64,000 nucleotides of DNA from Candidatus Latescibacterota bacterium. GTDB taxonomy: Bacteria; Latescibacterota; UBA2968. A model generated the notes under the pieces. That model was not told where the DNA came from, made no database searches, and worked only from the letters and a program-made list of their open reading frames with translations. Position 1 is the first letter of the stretch. Each line of letters starts with the position of its first letter. A program made the translations under genes and the position numbers. This document shows, one piece after another, positions 39,388 through 50,478 of this stretch. The stretch is taken from assembly GCA_965116885.1 (NCBI GenBank), contig OZ220741.1, positions 4,928,001 to 4,992,000 on the forward strand, given 5' to 3'.

Positions 39388-39563
39388 AAAGAGTTGACTT
39401 AATACGAAAGTTAAATGATGAGGGTTGTGTGTTTGTCCGCCATGGGGGAAGGCATGACATTTACAAAAATCCCAACACGGGCACATCTCAGCCTGTTCCT
39501 CGCCATAGAGAAATTGACAAAGGAACCGCAATGCGTATCATTAAGGCACTTACGGCTGGCTGA
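39384..39563 (+). CDS. hicA: HicA mRNA interferase toxin (59 aa, absent from ORF track)
   Basis: MKRVDLIRKLNDEGCVFVRHGGRHDIYKNPNTGTSQPVPRHREIDKGTAMRIIKALTAG*. Confidence 0.9.
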   Translation: MKRVDLIRKLNDEGCVFVRHGGRHDIYKNPNTGTSQPVPRHREIDKGTAMRIIKALTAG

Positions 39564-39611
39564 GTCATGCAAGGAAGTAAAAATGTCAATTTTTGTTGTA
39601 CAATAAAAAAG

Positions 39612-39696
39612 TGCCGAAGACGGGACTCGAACCCGTACGGGCGATTAGCCCAAGGGATTTTAAGTCCCTCGTGTCTACCAGTTCCACCACTTCGGC
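39612..39696 (-). tRNA. tRNA-Leu (anticodon TAA), CCA not encoded
   Basis: GCCGAAG acceptor stem, anticodon arm AGGGA-CTTAAAA-TCCCT, long variable arm, GTTCGAGTCC. Confidence 0.95.
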
Positions 39697-39760
39697 ACAG
39701 CATCAAAAAAATAGGTAAAGGTGTCCTGCTTGTCAAACGCACAATTCTCGCTTTACGGGC

Positions 39761-40666
39761 TTACCCATCCACTCGTTCGGCCAGCGCACAGGTTGCTGGC
39801 GTGCCATCTACCTCTGCAAACACTTTTCCAAATTCTTTCGGAGAAACCTGCCGCGTATTCTCTCCGCGATACTGAAATTGCAGTGCCCTGCGGCGGTGCG
39901 GACTGCGGTTTGGAGGCGTCTGGTGGGGCAACATCGCTGAAAAAACCATCGCCCCTCCCGCCTTCATTTCCAGTGGCACTGCATCGCTATAATCCAACCG
40001 ACCTTCCACAATCTGACAGTCAATCGTATGTACGTGTTTGAATGCCTCGCCCTTGTGTCTGCCGGGCAACACATGCATGCACCCATTCTCTATCGTTGCA
40101 TCGTCCAGCGTAATCCACGCCGTAGCGACCGCCTCTAAGGGCAACCAGTCAAAATAGGCATTATCCTGATGCCAGGGCTTTTCCGATCCGATAAACGGCG
40201 GCTTGGAAAGAGCCATTTCATTTTTTAAAACCACCTTCTGCTCCAGAACGCGTTCCACAAATCCCTTGATACGCGGATGTTCGACCAGAGCTCGAAACGT
40301 GGGATGCGCCTGATGATACCCATGCAGCTTGCGAAATTTAAGCTCGGCTTCGGCATTTGCCAATGAAAGAGGGTCTGCAATACCTGACTCAAAGTGGATA
40401 CCGAACTCGCCATCCAATGCCTGCACCTGAACGCCAGCATAATTCCCCCTTGTCCCGGGTTTTGATTCCCGAACCCGTGCCCGGCCCGCGCGTGCCTCGT
40501 CCATCAACCACCCCGTGATCTCGCTCAAAGCTGTCCGAGCGGCCTTGACCTCTTCGGCAGTCAGCACATTTTCAAATGCCAGATACCCCTCTCGGTGAAA
40601 TTGCGCCACCAGGCCATCGTCCAGGACCTCTGGACAATCCGGTAAACGCGCTATCGACACAGACAT
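39761..40666 (-). CDS. Phytanoyl-CoA dioxygenase family (Fe/2OG) protein
   Basis: KPP...WHQDNAY, ATIENGCM, H..PPN.S..RRR. Confidence 0.9.
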   Translation of the reverse strand: MSVSIARLPDCPEVLDDGLVAQFHREGYLAFENVLTAEEVKAARTALSEITGWLMDEARAGRARVRESKPGTRGNYAGVQVQALDGEFGIHFESGIADPLSLANAEAELKFRKLHGYHQAHPTFRALVEHPRIKGFVERVLEQKVVLKNEMALSKPPFIGSEKPWHQDNAYFDWLPLEAVATAWITLDDATIENGCMHVLPGRHKGEAFKHVHTIDCQIVEGRLDYSDAVPLEMKAGGAMVFSAMLPHQTPPNRSPHRRRALQFQYRGENTRQVSPKEFGKVFAEVDGTPATCALAERVDG

Positions 40667-40755
40667 CTTGCCCTCCTGCATTACAAAATATCAAACACTG
40701 TCTCCAAAGAAATCTAAAGCATTTCAACACACTTGACAAGAACATCGAAACAAAT

Positions 40756-40789
40756 AACCGGTCAATCTCATCATCGAAATTGACCGGTT
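40756..40789. terminator. Hairpin/terminator downstream of tRNA-Cys
   Basis: AACCGGTCAAT...ATTGACCGGTT. Confidence 0.65.
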
Positions 40790-40795
40790 GATTTT

Positions 40796-40869
40796 TGGAG
40801 GTGCCGGGCGGATTCGAACCGCCGATAAAGGCTTTGCAGGCCTCTGCCTTACCGCTTGGCCACGGCACC
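40796..40869 (-). tRNA. tRNA-Cys (anticodon GCA), CCA encoded
   Basis: GGTGCCG...GGCCTGCAAAGCC...GGTTCGAATCC...CGGCACCTCCA. Confidence 0.95.
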
Positions 40870-40938
40870 CCATATGCTGTATTTGATCCGCGAAGCGTTA
40901 AAAATACCGTACTTTATATCGAATGTCAAGGGGTGGGA

Positions 40939-41592
40939 TTAACGCGCAGCCCAGTTAATACCGCGTCGCTGGATCTCTTTTGCCTCTGGCACATCAAAAT
41001 CCACGGCTTTGTGCCCCAGGGAAGAGTAAAACACGCGCCCCTCTCCCCACATGCGCTTCCAAACCACCGGCATCACACAACCATTGACCCAGGGGGCCAC
41101 ATCGGTCTCAAATGTCGTCGTCACCAGCACCTCATTCCCCGGATCGGTATGCATATAATACTGCTCGGAATGCATCGCAAAATCGCTCAGACCCGCCACA
41201 ATAGGATCATCCGCTTTTTCCGGCACAATATTGACCACATAATCGATCACCCCACCCGGGTGCGACACCCACTGCCCGCCCGTCATCCACTGATAGCCCG
41301 TATTATTGCGAAACGCATCGCACATCCCACCGTGCCACCCGGCCAGCCCAACGCCACTCTTAACCGCCCCTTGAAGCCCTTGTTCCTGTTCTCTTTCTAT
41401 ACTGCCCATCGTCCAACAAGGCACAACCACGCTCAGTTCCGACATATAATCCGCATCCGTATAAACATCCATTGAATCGCGAACATCCACATCAAACCCA
41501 TCCGCCTCCAGCAACGGCGCGAAAATATCCACACATTCCTTCGGCTCGTGCCCTTGCCAACCACCCCATACCATCAACGCTTTCTTGCTCAT
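40939..41592 (-). CDS. ThuA-like domain (class I GATase-like) protein
   Basis: [36 protein letters not shown]. Confidence 0.88.
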   Translation of the reverse strand: MSKKALMVWGGWQGHEPKECVDIFAPLLEADGFDVDVRDSMDVYTDADYMSELSVVVPCWTMGSIEREQEQGLQGAVKSGVGLAGWHGGMCDAFRNNTGYQWMTGGQWVSHPGGVIDYVVNIVPEKADDPIVAGLSDFAMHSEQYYMHTDPGNEVLVTTTFETDVAPWVNGCVMPVVWKRMWGEGRVFYSSLGHKAVDFDVPEAKEIQRRGINWAAR

Positions 41593-41617
41593 CTTCATCT
41601 CCTTATTTGAAAATCTA

Positions 41618-42673
41618 TCAACTGCCCAGCGCAAAAACCAGACCTCTTTCTTCTGCTGTTTTCTTCAGATCATTCAATGTAACGACATTCAGTGGTATGC
41701 CATGTGTGCGATACGCATTGCGCCGCAGGGCTTCAGGCTCACCAGGGGCAAATAACCGATCCACCCCAGGTGCCATTTTGCAAGCGTGAATCTGCTGAAT
41801 CGCCCTGTCAACGCGCGCCTTGAAACGCGCCACATCTTCAAAAGCACCCACCCGAATAGCCGCCACAAAATGGCCATCTTCGCCCGCCTGTGGTCCATCT
41901 TCCATATTGCCCAATTCGGTGCCATAGCTCGCGCCGGACAACATAGAAGACAAAATCCCCATCACCATTGCCAACGCCACGCCCTTAAATTGCCCAATCG
42001 GCATCAACAAACCATCTATCGCCTTTACGGGATCGGTCGTCGGCACCCCATCCGCATCCATAGCCCACCCTTCTGGCAAGGTCAGTCCTTTTTGTTCATA
42101 CACGCGGATTTTCCCATGTGCAGAGCCAGAAAATGCCGCGTCAAAAACAATGGGAAATTCCCCACCAGCGGGAATCGCCACACTCAAGGGATTAATACCC
42201 AGAATACGCTCAGCACCTCCCCACGGAGCCATTGTGGGCAAAGCATTCGTAGTCGCAATCCCGATCATATCGCAATCCAGAGCCATACGCGCAAAATACC
42301 CCACAGCACCGCAGTGATTACTGCCCCGAATACCCGCAGCCGCTATACCAATATCCCGAGCGCGAGCAATCACCTGCTGCATCGCAAACGCCGTCCCAAT
42401 CTGCCCCATAGAATTGCCCCCATCCACCACCAGACACGCCCCATTATCCTTCACCACCTCGGGTTTGCCATTTGGATCCACGCCATCAACAGTCAACTTA
42501 CTCACGTATTCGGGAACGCGCAATACCCCATGCGAATACACGCCGCTGAGATCCGCATCCACCAGCGAATCCGCCAACAGATGTGCATCCCCTGCACGCA
42601 TCCCACACGTCTCAAAAATTGCCTGCACCAGATCCAACAGTGCCCCAGAAGCCACACGCCTTTCATTCTCCAT
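41618..42673 (-). CDS. Ldh_2 family oxidoreductase (type-2 malate/L-lactate/ureidoglycolate dehydrogenase-like)
   Basis: ADL.GVYSHG, SNHCG, GINP, PGEPE; start trimmed to the ATG after the thioesterase stop. Confidence 0.9.
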   Translation of the reverse strand: MENERRVASGALLDLVQAIFETCGMRAGDAHLLADSLVDADLSGVYSHGVLRVPEYVSKLTVDGVDPNGKPEVVKDNGACLVVDGGNSMGQIGTAFAMQQVIARARDIGIAAAGIRGSNHCGAVGYFARMALDCDMIGIATTNALPTMAPWGGAERILGINPLSVAIPAGGEFPIVFDAAFSGSAHGKIRVYEQKGLTLPEGWAMDADGVPTTDPVKAIDGLLMPIGQFKGVALAMVMGILSSMLSGASYGTELGNMEDGPQAGEDGHFVAAIRVGAFEDVARFKARVDRAIQQIHACKMAPGVDRLFAPGEPEALRRNAYRTHGIPLNVVTLNDLKKTAEERGLVFALGS

Positions 42674-42677
42674 TGCA

Positions 42678-43103
42678 CTATCCCTCAAAAATCTCTCTAA
42701 ATTTTTGGGGTACGGGTCTAATTCTTCGATTGCCATAATCGAGAAACACAATGCCCGTCTTCGCACGCGCCACCTCTCGCCCATCGGATTTTGCACGCAA
42801 AAGATAAAACAAATCACATCCCGTGCGCGAAAAATTGCACACCGCCACATCGCCCGCAAGTGTCTCGCCGTAAAAAGCCTCGCTTCGAAAAACAATCACA
42901 GCATCAATCATCAAAATACCCACCCCATCCACATCCAACTCCGTAAAACCATGTGCTGCAAACAAACGCGCCCGCACCTCATGGCACAGAGACAACACCG
43001 CATCGTTACCCAGATGCCCGCCGTAATTGATATCTGAAACTCTCAACGAGATTTCAGTTGTAAAGATAAACTCATCTGGCAATGCCAGTTTCACCCTGCC
43101 CAT
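42678..43103 (-). CDS. Hot-dog fold acyl-CoA thioesterase
   Basis: RVSDINYGGHLGND. Confidence 0.9.
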   Translation of the reverse strand: MGRVKLALPDEFIFTTEISLRVSDINYGGHLGNDAVLSLCHEVRARLFAAHGFTELDVDGVGILMIDAVIVFRSEAFYGETLAGDVAVCNFSRTGCDLFYLLRAKSDGREVARAKTGIVFLDYGNRRIRPVPQKFREIFEG

Positions 43104-43124
43104 CTGTCCTCCAAATCTACGCAC

Positions 43125-43862
43125 TCAATGCTTACAAGCCACATGCCGATCTTCGTATATCCCCTTTAGAAACTTTTCGGGATTGAGTTCTTCGGGCAAA
43201 TAATGCCATGCCGTGCTATAGCGCGTGCGATTGCTGTGGTTATCATAGGAACCGTGCAAAAGATTGGCGGAAAACAGAACAACTGTACCAGCGGGAATGA
43301 CCAGATCCACAGCCTGCGATTCATTGACCTTTGTCCAACTACCGTGCCTGCCTGTATTTCTGCGGTGCTCGACAATCTCGCCCATCCGGTGGCTACCGGG
43401 CACCACCCGCAAACACCCATTCTCCAAATCTGAATCTTCCAGATAAATACCGCAACTGATAATGCGATCCGTATCAGTTCCAAAATAATAATTATCCTGA
43501 TGCCACCCCGTTGACGTGCCGCCATTGGGCAACTTCGGAAAAAACTTGGTGCCAAACAAATCGATATTTTCACCAATCAATACCGCTACGCGGTCTAAAA
43601 TCGCCGGTTCACGCGCCAGTTCCAACACGCGGGAATCGACCACACAAACACCCTGAATTTTATGCAACAAACCCGCCCGGGGTTCACCGCGATCGTCCAA
43701 CTCGAGCGTCCAGTGCGGCACCTCCTCGGTCAGCTTGCGCCCCTCTGCGACCAGTTCATCAAACACCCGCTTGTAATAGGCCAATCGCTCGCCCTGGATC
43801 AGGGCTTTAAAAACGAGATACCCATCTTCTCGAAACTGCTGCACCTGTTCGTCAGTCAACAT
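43125..43862 (-). CDS. Phytanoyl-CoA dioxygenase family protein
   Basis: WHQDNYY, ENGCLRVVPGSH, LLHGS..N.S..TR. Confidence 0.9.
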   Translation of the reverse strand: MLTDEQVQQFREDGYLVFKALIQGERLAYYKRVFDELVAEGRKLTEEVPHWTLELDDRGEPRAGLLHKIQGVCVVDSRVLELAREPAILDRVAVLIGENIDLFGTKFFPKLPNGGTSTGWHQDNYYFGTDTDRIISCGIYLEDSDLENGCLRVVPGSHRMGEIVEHRRNTGRHGSWTKVNESQAVDLVIPAGTVVLFSANLLHGSYDNHSNRTRYSTAWHYLPEELNPEKFLKGIYEDRHVACKH

Positions 43863-43940
43863 AAAAACCTCCCTTGATCAGGATTTTCAGGATACCACAG
43901 GATACCGCCCCTCCCCTGCCTGTTCTCCGCGTCATCTGTG

Positions 43941-44891
43941 TCATCTGTTTAATCCGCGTTTAATTTCCCGATTCAACTTCGCAGCCTTCACCAACTCGCG
44001 CTCCAGCAATTGGTAATAGGCCGCAGAATCCATTGCCGATTTTCTTTTCACCAGAGCCTGCACCTCATCAATCGCCTTGCCATAAGCTGCAACAAGCGCG
44101 GGCGAAGCGCCTTTGGGAACACGAAAATTGAGCAAAAAACAGCGATCTGCCAACATCCCATCGCCCGCGTCGATATCGGACAGACGCGTACCCAACCCAT
44201 CGCCATTATCGTCCAAAATCGCGTTCTCCGTCGCAATCAGCCCCTCACTCAAAAACCAGGCATCTGTCAGTGAAGACGCCTGGGTGCAAATCTCCAGAAC
44301 CGAAATGCGATCATCGCGATTTTGATCTGCACTACCATCCTCCAGTGCCTGAACAAAAAAACGCATAAATTGCGTGGCATTGCGCTGATCTGTACTGCGC
44401 GTACTCGCGCATATAATACGCCCATCTCGACTCAGTGCATTGACAAAAGGCGCACTCATCGACGCACCATTGACAACAATAATGCGCCGCGCGGATAATG
44501 TCTTCAAAAATCCATCCAGATCTTCCGCTGTCAAATCCGCACCGGGAATATTCAGCTTGGCAACCTGGCGTCGATAGCTCCCGTGCCCAATTAAAAAAAT
44601 GAACACATCGTCATCCGGCGTTACCCGCTCCGACAAACCGCGGAATGTATTGCGAAGGACCGCTATTGACGACCTGCCATCGGCATTCTCGCCCGTCTCA
44701 TTTACCAAGTGTACATTTGCCGCGGGATGATCGCATCGCTCAATCAGCACCCGGCGCAAACGCTGTCCCCAATCGTCAAACCGCTCGGAATACGCGTCCT
44801 CTCCACCACTACCGCTGATGATCACATCAAAAACAGCGGCATTCGCCTGCGCCAACATCAACATCCAAATTGGGAATGCCCATAATTTCAC
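43941..44891 (-). CDS. Secreted caspase/peptidase C13-like fold protein of the MoxR-vWA cluster
   Basis: Signal peptide; DDVFIFLIGHGS; DQNRDDRISV and DDNGDG Ca-loop motifs; GTGA overlap with the upstream gene. Confidence 0.55.
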   Translation of the reverse strand: MKLWAFPIWMLMLAQANAAVFDVIISGSGGEDAYSERFDDWGQRLRRVLIERCDHPAANVHLVNETGENADGRSSIAVLRNTFRGLSERVTPDDDVFIFLIGHGSYRRQVAKLNIPGADLTAEDLDGFLKTLSARRIIVVNGASMSAPFVNALSRDGRIICASTRSTDQRNATQFMRFFVQALEDGSADQNRDDRISVLEICTQASSLTDAWFLSEGLIATENAILDDNGDGLGTRLSDIDAGDGMLADRCFLLNFRVPKGASPALVAAYGKAIDEVQALVKRKSAMDSAAYYQLLERELVKAAKLNREIKRGLNR

Positions 44892-47245
44892 GGCTCTCCT
44901 CGCTTCCGTCTCAAATACCATTCAACGCCGAGCAACAACACAAGCACGATATAAAAAGGCGGGAAATGCCACAACGGAAAACGATCCAATCGCGCGTGGG
45001 CCTGGTCGGTATATGGAATCTGCTCGGCCAATTCGTCCAGCGCGTTCAACTCGATAAATTTGCCCCTCGTGTGTGCAGACAGGCGTTTCAAAAAATCGGG
45101 ATTATAACGCGCAGACAAAAACTCGAGATTATCCGGACGCGCCAGCATAGCTGCGTCCAACTGCCCAACATCCGCGCCATCGGCATCGCGTGCAGTAAGT
45201 CTTACGCGGTGCAATCCCGCTTCTGTAGCTTCAAAAATTGCAGAATACGCACCCACCTCGGCAATAGATTCAGAAACCGGCAATCTAACTGTCCCACCAT
45301 TCGGTAACTCGACCAACACATCGACGGACAGCCCTTCGCGGGATTCAAAAAGAGAATCGCGCACCACAAACTTCAAATCGCGCAGATCTCCTACGACAAC
45401 ATCCTCGCCGCTATCGATCATCGTCACAGGCTCTGGCACCCGCATCGCCAGCAAACGCGCCAACTGCCGCCAAAAGCGTTCGTGGGCGGCATTGTCAACA
45501 TTCTGCATCATCTGCCACTGCCACGTCTCGCCCGTACCCAACGCAGCACTCAAACCCTCTCCATATCGCTGCCATGCAAACAGCGGCTGTGCATCCACAG
45601 CTTCAGACTCAGCATCCACCGTCGCCATCACCGTTGCACCAGCGCGCACAGACGCAAACGCATTGACCCCGTAAAGCGCGGATAAATTCGCCCACTGCTC
45701 GGCATTGACTTCGGCATCTTCGCTCAAAGACCAGACCCCTGACAATAAGCCTTCAATCGTCGGCTTAGCGCGAAAAGCCACATCGTCGTAATCGCCCGCA
45801 GGTCCCAACACAACAGGTAACATCGGTTCAATAGTCGAATGTGCCCATCCGCCCTCAGAGTATGCACGCGGACCGCCCAGCATCAAAAAACTGCCCCCGC
45901 GTTTGGACACAAATTCCCGCGTCAAATTTAGTTGTGCAAGAGAAAAGAAATCGCGCTCAATATCCCCCCAGATCACTACATGGTAGCGAAAAAGCTCTGC
46001 AACATCTGAGGGATACCCACTTGCCAACTCCGATTTTGACACACCAATGCGGATAAAAACCGCTTCGTCATAACGCGGCGCATTCAACGCCTGATCGTCA
46101 AAGCCCTCAAAAAGGGGATTCGCCATCGTCGCATCGCGCCCCCGGAATACAAACTTGCGCTCGGCACCAGAGATGCGAACCAGACTCGACAAAACGAGTT
46201 GCGGCGCCCCATCTAAGGCACGTCTCAAAAACTTGCCCTCCCAATTGGGCCGCCCACTAAAATACAAAATGCGAAAAACGCGCTCGCGATTATCCACCAG
46301 AATATCCCGCGCATTATTCGCAACAATGCGATCTTTGACCGCAACACCCGTAGTATCTGCCAAACGCGTTCTCACGCGATGTGATAGCCAGCCATCTCTT
46401 TGTGGGTCAAAATAGAGCCGGACATAATTCTCTTCTTCCGGTCCCACAATAGAGAGCGGTGACGACGCCACCACCCGCGTGCCGTCCAGCACCTCAACCA
46501 TTACATCTTCACCACCCAAACCCTCGGCCACCACCCGCGCTGTAACCGCCACCTCATCGGACCGCACGCGCGACACCGACACATCGGCCAATGCCAGATC
46601 GCGCCAGAGATCATCGCGACCTACCCCCACCGTAAAAACGGGTACATCGCCGGGCAAATCCGTTATCGGAACGGGCGCGGCACTTTGCTGCACCCCATCG
46701 CTAAACACCACCACAGCCGACACCGCAGCACCCGACATTTGCTTGAGTACCCCGCGAACTGCACCGACAATATCTGATCGCCCCTGATCAAACACCAGGT
46801 CTTCAACCTCATTTACGCGCGCTGTTGTGCTGCCAAACCGAAACCGCGCCACCTGGTGAGACTGCGTCAACACGCGCTCAAAATCCGACAATTGATACGC
46901 CTGCACAAATCGTTCTGCCCGCGTCTCTCCACCATTTTCGGGCACCGTCATACTGCGAGAATCATCGAACAAAACAGGCACAAAATGCGTACCAGGCTCC
47001 AACCTCTGCGCCACCAACGCAGGCCCCAATAACAAAAACAGCACCAGCGCCAATGACAGCGCGCGCAACCCAATCAACACCTTTGAAAGCGCAGGGCGCC
47101 GCCTGTGCCAAAAAACCACACTCACACAAAAAACAACGCCGAGCAAGACCAGCGCCACAGGCCATGCGACATCCAGTGCAAACCGCACATCGCGATACGC
47201 AGCGGCGCGCTCCCCTGCCAATAAGTGTAATAACCAGTCAGTCAC
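44888..47245 (-). CDS. Membrane-anchored vWA + glutamine-amidotransferase-like domain protein
   Basis: FDDSRSM MIDAS, FSDG, GGSFLMLGG, N- and C-terminal TM helices ending EWYLRRKRG. Confidence 0.8.
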   Translation of the reverse strand: MTDWLLHLLAGERAAAYRDVRFALDVAWPVALVLLGVVFCVSVVFWHRRRPALSKVLIGLRALSLALVLFLLLGPALVAQRLEPGTHFVPVLFDDSRSMTVPENGGETRAERFVQAYQLSDFERVLTQSHQVARFRFGSTTARVNEVEDLVFDQGRSDIVGAVRGVLKQMSGAAVSAVVVFSDGVQQSAAPVPITDLPGDVPVFTVGVGRDDLWRDLALADVSVSRVRSDEVAVTARVVAEGLGGEDVMVEVLDGTRVVASSPLSIVGPEEENYVRLYFDPQRDGWLSHRVRTRLADTTGVAVKDRIVANNARDILVDNRERVFRILYFSGRPNWEGKFLRRALDGAPQLVLSSLVRISGAERKFVFRGRDATMANPLFEGFDDQALNAPRYDEAVFIRIGVSKSELASGYPSDVAELFRYHVVIWGDIERDFFSLAQLNLTREFVSKRGGSFLMLGGPRAYSEGGWAHSTIEPMLPVVLGPAGDYDDVAFRAKPTIEGLLSGVWSLSEDAEVNAEQWANLSALYGVNAFASVRAGATVMATVDAESEAVDAQPLFAWQRYGEGLSAALGTGETWQWQMMQNVDNAAHERFWRQLARLLAMRVPEPVTMIDSGEDVVVGDLRDLKFVVRDSLFESREGLSVDVLVELPNGGTVRLPVSESIAEVGAYSAIFEATEAGLHRVRLTARDADGADVGQLDAAMLARPDNLEFLSARYNPDFLKRLSAHTRGKFIELNALDELAEQIPYTDQAHARLDRFPLWHFPPFYIVLVLLLGVEWYLRRKRGEP

Positions 47246-50200
47246 TTCTCACGTTCCGTCAATGCCTTAAAATACTCGGCAACACGGGTGCGGTATTGCT
47301 CGGGAATTTCATCTGCCTTGCCAGCGGAAAGACCATAGTCTCCTTTACGCTCGCGAATCAGATCCGACAATTCTTCAGCAGACAGCGTCAAAGGCTTGAT
47401 CGCGCGATCAAAAATCAAATCGTATTGCGGCACCGCCCCCGCGCGATAATAATCGCGCCCAATACCCGCCAGATCTTCGCGGACACCCGTCAAACGCTGT
47501 CGCACACCCAGATCAGCCGGCAAAAGTGACTCGGCCTCGCGCAATCGATCCATCCAATCGCGAAAACCGCCTTCGGCAAAACGCCGCAACGCATCGGGAT
47601 CTTGCGGTCCCCATCCAAATCGCCCGTCACCATCCCCTCTTTCTCCCCCCATCACACGCTCCAGACGCTCCTGCGCCCGCTCCAGCGCTTCCAGATCATC
47701 GCGCACCAGAAGCTGCGCGACACCATCGAGTTTTTCAGCCGCCTGATCCAATTTGTCCGCCACAGCGCGCTCGTGTGTCTCCGATGCCTGCCACGCTCCC
47801 AATCTCACCAATCGCTCGCCCGCTTGCATATCTTCAAAAATGCCCTCTCGGCTCGTCTCGCGCAGCCAGTCATTGAGTTTTTGCGCCATCAAACCCTGGC
47901 TTTCAACAGCTTTTTCTGCCAACGCACTCGCCTCCTCCATCATATCGCGGAACTCATCGGCCGTGCGTTGCTTTCCCTCGAGCATCTCTCTCAACCCACG
48001 CTCCGAATCAGACAGCGTCCTGCGCTGCGTCTGCTGCTCCTGTGCCTGTGCGACCAAACCCCGCTGTTGGGCGCGCAAACTGTCCATCTTTTCTTGCAAC
48101 ATCTTCATGCGCTCAGCAGCTGCCCCGCGCGATAAATTGCCCAATTGCTCCTGCACATCGCGCAAAGCGTCTAAAGCGCGATTGCCCGCAGCCCGCGCCC
48201 GTTGCAACTGATCGTTCTCCAGATTTTGCGCGCTGCGACTCATTTGCCGCCGCGCACCTTCCAATTGTTCCCGCGCCTGCCGCGCCTGTTGTGGATCCAT
48301 ATCCCCGGAAGCAATCTCACCATTGACCGCATCGAGCGCATCCATTGTCTGACGCTGCGCCTCGCGCAACTGCTCCAGGCGACGTTTGGCCTCCTCTCGC
48401 GCTTCGCCATCCAGCTTTTCCACCTCTGAAATCAACTGCGCAACATCTTCGTTAATCGCCGCCTGCCGTCTCGTCAATTCCTCTATTTTATTTTGTGCTT
48501 CTGCCGTCTCCGCGAGTTGCTGTTGCAATGTAGATGCCTCTTCCCGAAAATCTCGTCGCTGCGCCAACTCCAGACCATCTAACTCGCGTTGTTGTGCCTG
48601 TCCCCCACCGCCACCGCGTTGACGCTGCCTGCCTTGCACCACTTCAGACTCTCTCGGTCTCCTCTGCAACAGGTATCGATACGCGCGCTGTGCATGCCCC
48701 CATGCCCTTGCCAATGCCGCATCCGGATCGTCAAAAGACGCCTCGCTCAGTGCCCCGATAACACCCGCAAACTCAGCTTCCAAATCCGCTGCCGGATTCC
48801 TCACAGAACCCCGGACATTCTCCTGCGCTTCAATAATAGCGTGCTTCTGCTCATCGTATTCTTCCCAATCCATTCCCGACGCGCCTTTGCGCAAATTCCA
48901 GATCGCGATAATCACCTGCTTCTGGCCCTCAGCACCACCCCGATGTCCCCTGCCCTGCCCCTGCTGACCACCCTCGTTACTCACAGCTTGACGATAGAGC
49001 CGTTCAAAAGGCCGAATCTCCAAAAAATAGGGATCGCCCAGAGTCTCAATCTCAGACCGCCCCGGCTTGCCATCTTCTGCCCAAACCGTCCAGGTGATAA
49101 AATCGCCTGCCGCGAGACCCAAATCTTCTAATGCCATCGGATACTCACCCTCTGCACTCTCTATCTGCGCGGTCTCCGTCTTAAGAGAAATCCGCACGGG
49201 ATCGCGCCCTGCCACCTCGTATTGCAAACCGTAATCCATAAGCCTGTAATCGTCTTTTATCGAAAACCCAAAAGCAACTTCCTCTATTGCCGTAGCCTCG
49301 TCATCTCCGCGTGGAAAACGAACCTGTATGCGCGGCGGCTGATCCACTTTGGCCGTAATTTTATACGCGCGCGCATACTCATTTTCCTCGCCATCGGCAT
49401 CCCGTAACGCCACCTCATAAGTACCGTTCTCTACAATAGACAGCGTACCTTCCCACACGGAATCGTCCGATTTTTCCAACGCCATTTCTTCTCCATCATC
49501 CAATACCAGTGCTGCCGTCTCCAACGCTTTATTCACCGTCACCGACACCGACACCTCCGTGCCTTCGGGCGCCGTAATATCGCCCCCATAAGGCACATCC
49601 CGGTCCTCCATCTCCAAATAATCGGGATAGCGATATAGAAGTCCAATTGACACGACTTCGGGTGGCGTCCACACCGAAAACCGATACACTTCTGAACGAT
49701 AAGACCCAACCTGCACCTGGTATTCTGTATCGGCGTACAAATCGCGCAACTGGTGGGCAAACACATCGCCAGTCTCTCCAGGCTCTAAAGGCGCAGTTTG
49801 CCAGTCCCCGCCCGATGCTCGCCACTGAATCGCCTTACTCGCTCCTGAGAGATCTGTCGTCACCCACACCATCTGATGCGCCCCGCGCCGCACCCGTGCA
49901 TCGCCCGGTTCAACCGTATAGGGCAATGGCAAAGTCGGCACAGAAAACAACCGCCCTGCAATATCGCCCAGATCAACCTGCCACAGTGCCAGGAGCAACA
50001 CAACAGCCCCCAATCCCCACACCCCAACAACCGCGCGGCGCACGCGCTTCAAAACGCGTAAATCGATCACAGGTGGTGCCTGTATCGCCGACAATTCGCG
50101 CACCTGCTGAAACACCTGCTCGGTCATCCACTCGGAAACCGGCGTTGACCCGTGCAGCGACACAGTGCTCACAATCAGATCCTCAAGATCGGGATGATGT

Positions 50201-50478
50201 GCATCGAGAAACAGCGCGATCTGCTCTCGCGTCACCACGGTCCGCTGCGGCACATACAACCACTTATAACCCGCGCCAAAGACCAGAATAAAAAATGCCA
50301 GAACCGGCACAACCACGGGTACGCGATCGACAAAAGCCACCACAGCGCACACCCCGATCAGCAAACTTAAAAACACCGCGCCAAATATCAACCGACCCTG
50401 CAAACGCCGCCGCCGTTCAAACTGCGCGGCCACTTCGCGGATCGCGTGTTCCAATTTAAGTGGTAGCAATGGTATCAT
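47242..50478 (-). CDS. DUF4175-like membrane-anchored Ig/coiled-coil protein
   Basis: N-terminal TMs, YPDY, DDY.L, long Q/E-rich coiled coil, C-terminal PEQYR..VAEYFKAL. Confidence 0.75.
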   Translation of the reverse strand: MIPLLPLKLEHAIREVAAQFERRRRLQGRLIFGAVFLSLLIGVCAVVAFVDRVPVVVPVLAFFILVFGAGYKWLYVPQRTVVTREQIALFLDAHHPDLEDLIVSTVSLHGSTPVSEWMTEQVFQQVRELSAIQAPPVIDLRVLKRVRRAVVGVWGLGAVVLLLALWQVDLGDIAGRLFSVPTLPLPYTVEPGDARVRRGAHQMVWVTTDLSGASKAIQWRASGGDWQTAPLEPGETGDVFAHQLRDLYADTEYQVQVGSYRSEVYRFSVWTPPEVVSIGLLYRYPDYLEMEDRDVPYGGDITAPEGTEVSVSVTVNKALETAALVLDDGEEMALEKSDDSVWEGTLSIVENGTYEVALRDADGEENEYARAYKITAKVDQPPRIQVRFPRGDDEATAIEEVAFGFSIKDDYRLMDYGLQYEVAGRDPVRISLKTETAQIESAEGEYPMALEDLGLAAGDFITWTVWAEDGKPGRSEIETLGDPYFLEIRPFERLYRQAVSNEGGQQGQGRGHRGGAEGQKQVIIAIWNLRKGASGMDWEEYDEQKHAIIEAQENVRGSVRNPAADLEAEFAGVIGALSEASFDDPDAALARAWGHAQRAYRYLLQRRPRESEVVQGRQRQRGGGGGQAQQRELDGLELAQRRDFREEASTLQQQLAETAEAQNKIEELTRRQAAINEDVAQLISEVEKLDGEAREEAKRRLEQLREAQRQTMDALDAVNGEIASGDMDPQQARQAREQLEGARRQMSRSAQNLENDQLQRARAAGNRALDALRDVQEQLGNLSRGAAAERMKMLQEKMDSLRAQQRGLVAQAQEQQTQRRTLSDSERGLREMLEGKQRTADEFRDMMEEASALAEKAVESQGLMAQKLNDWLRETSREGIFEDMQAGERLVRLGAWQASETHERAVADKLDQAAEKLDGVAQLLVRDDLEALERAQERLERVMGGERGDGDGRFGWGPQDPDALRRFAEGGFRDWMDRLREAESLLPADLGVRQRLTGVREDLAGIGRDYYRAGAVPQYDLIFDRAIKPLTLSAEELSDLIRERKGDYGLSAGKADEIPEQYRTRVAEYFKALTEREK

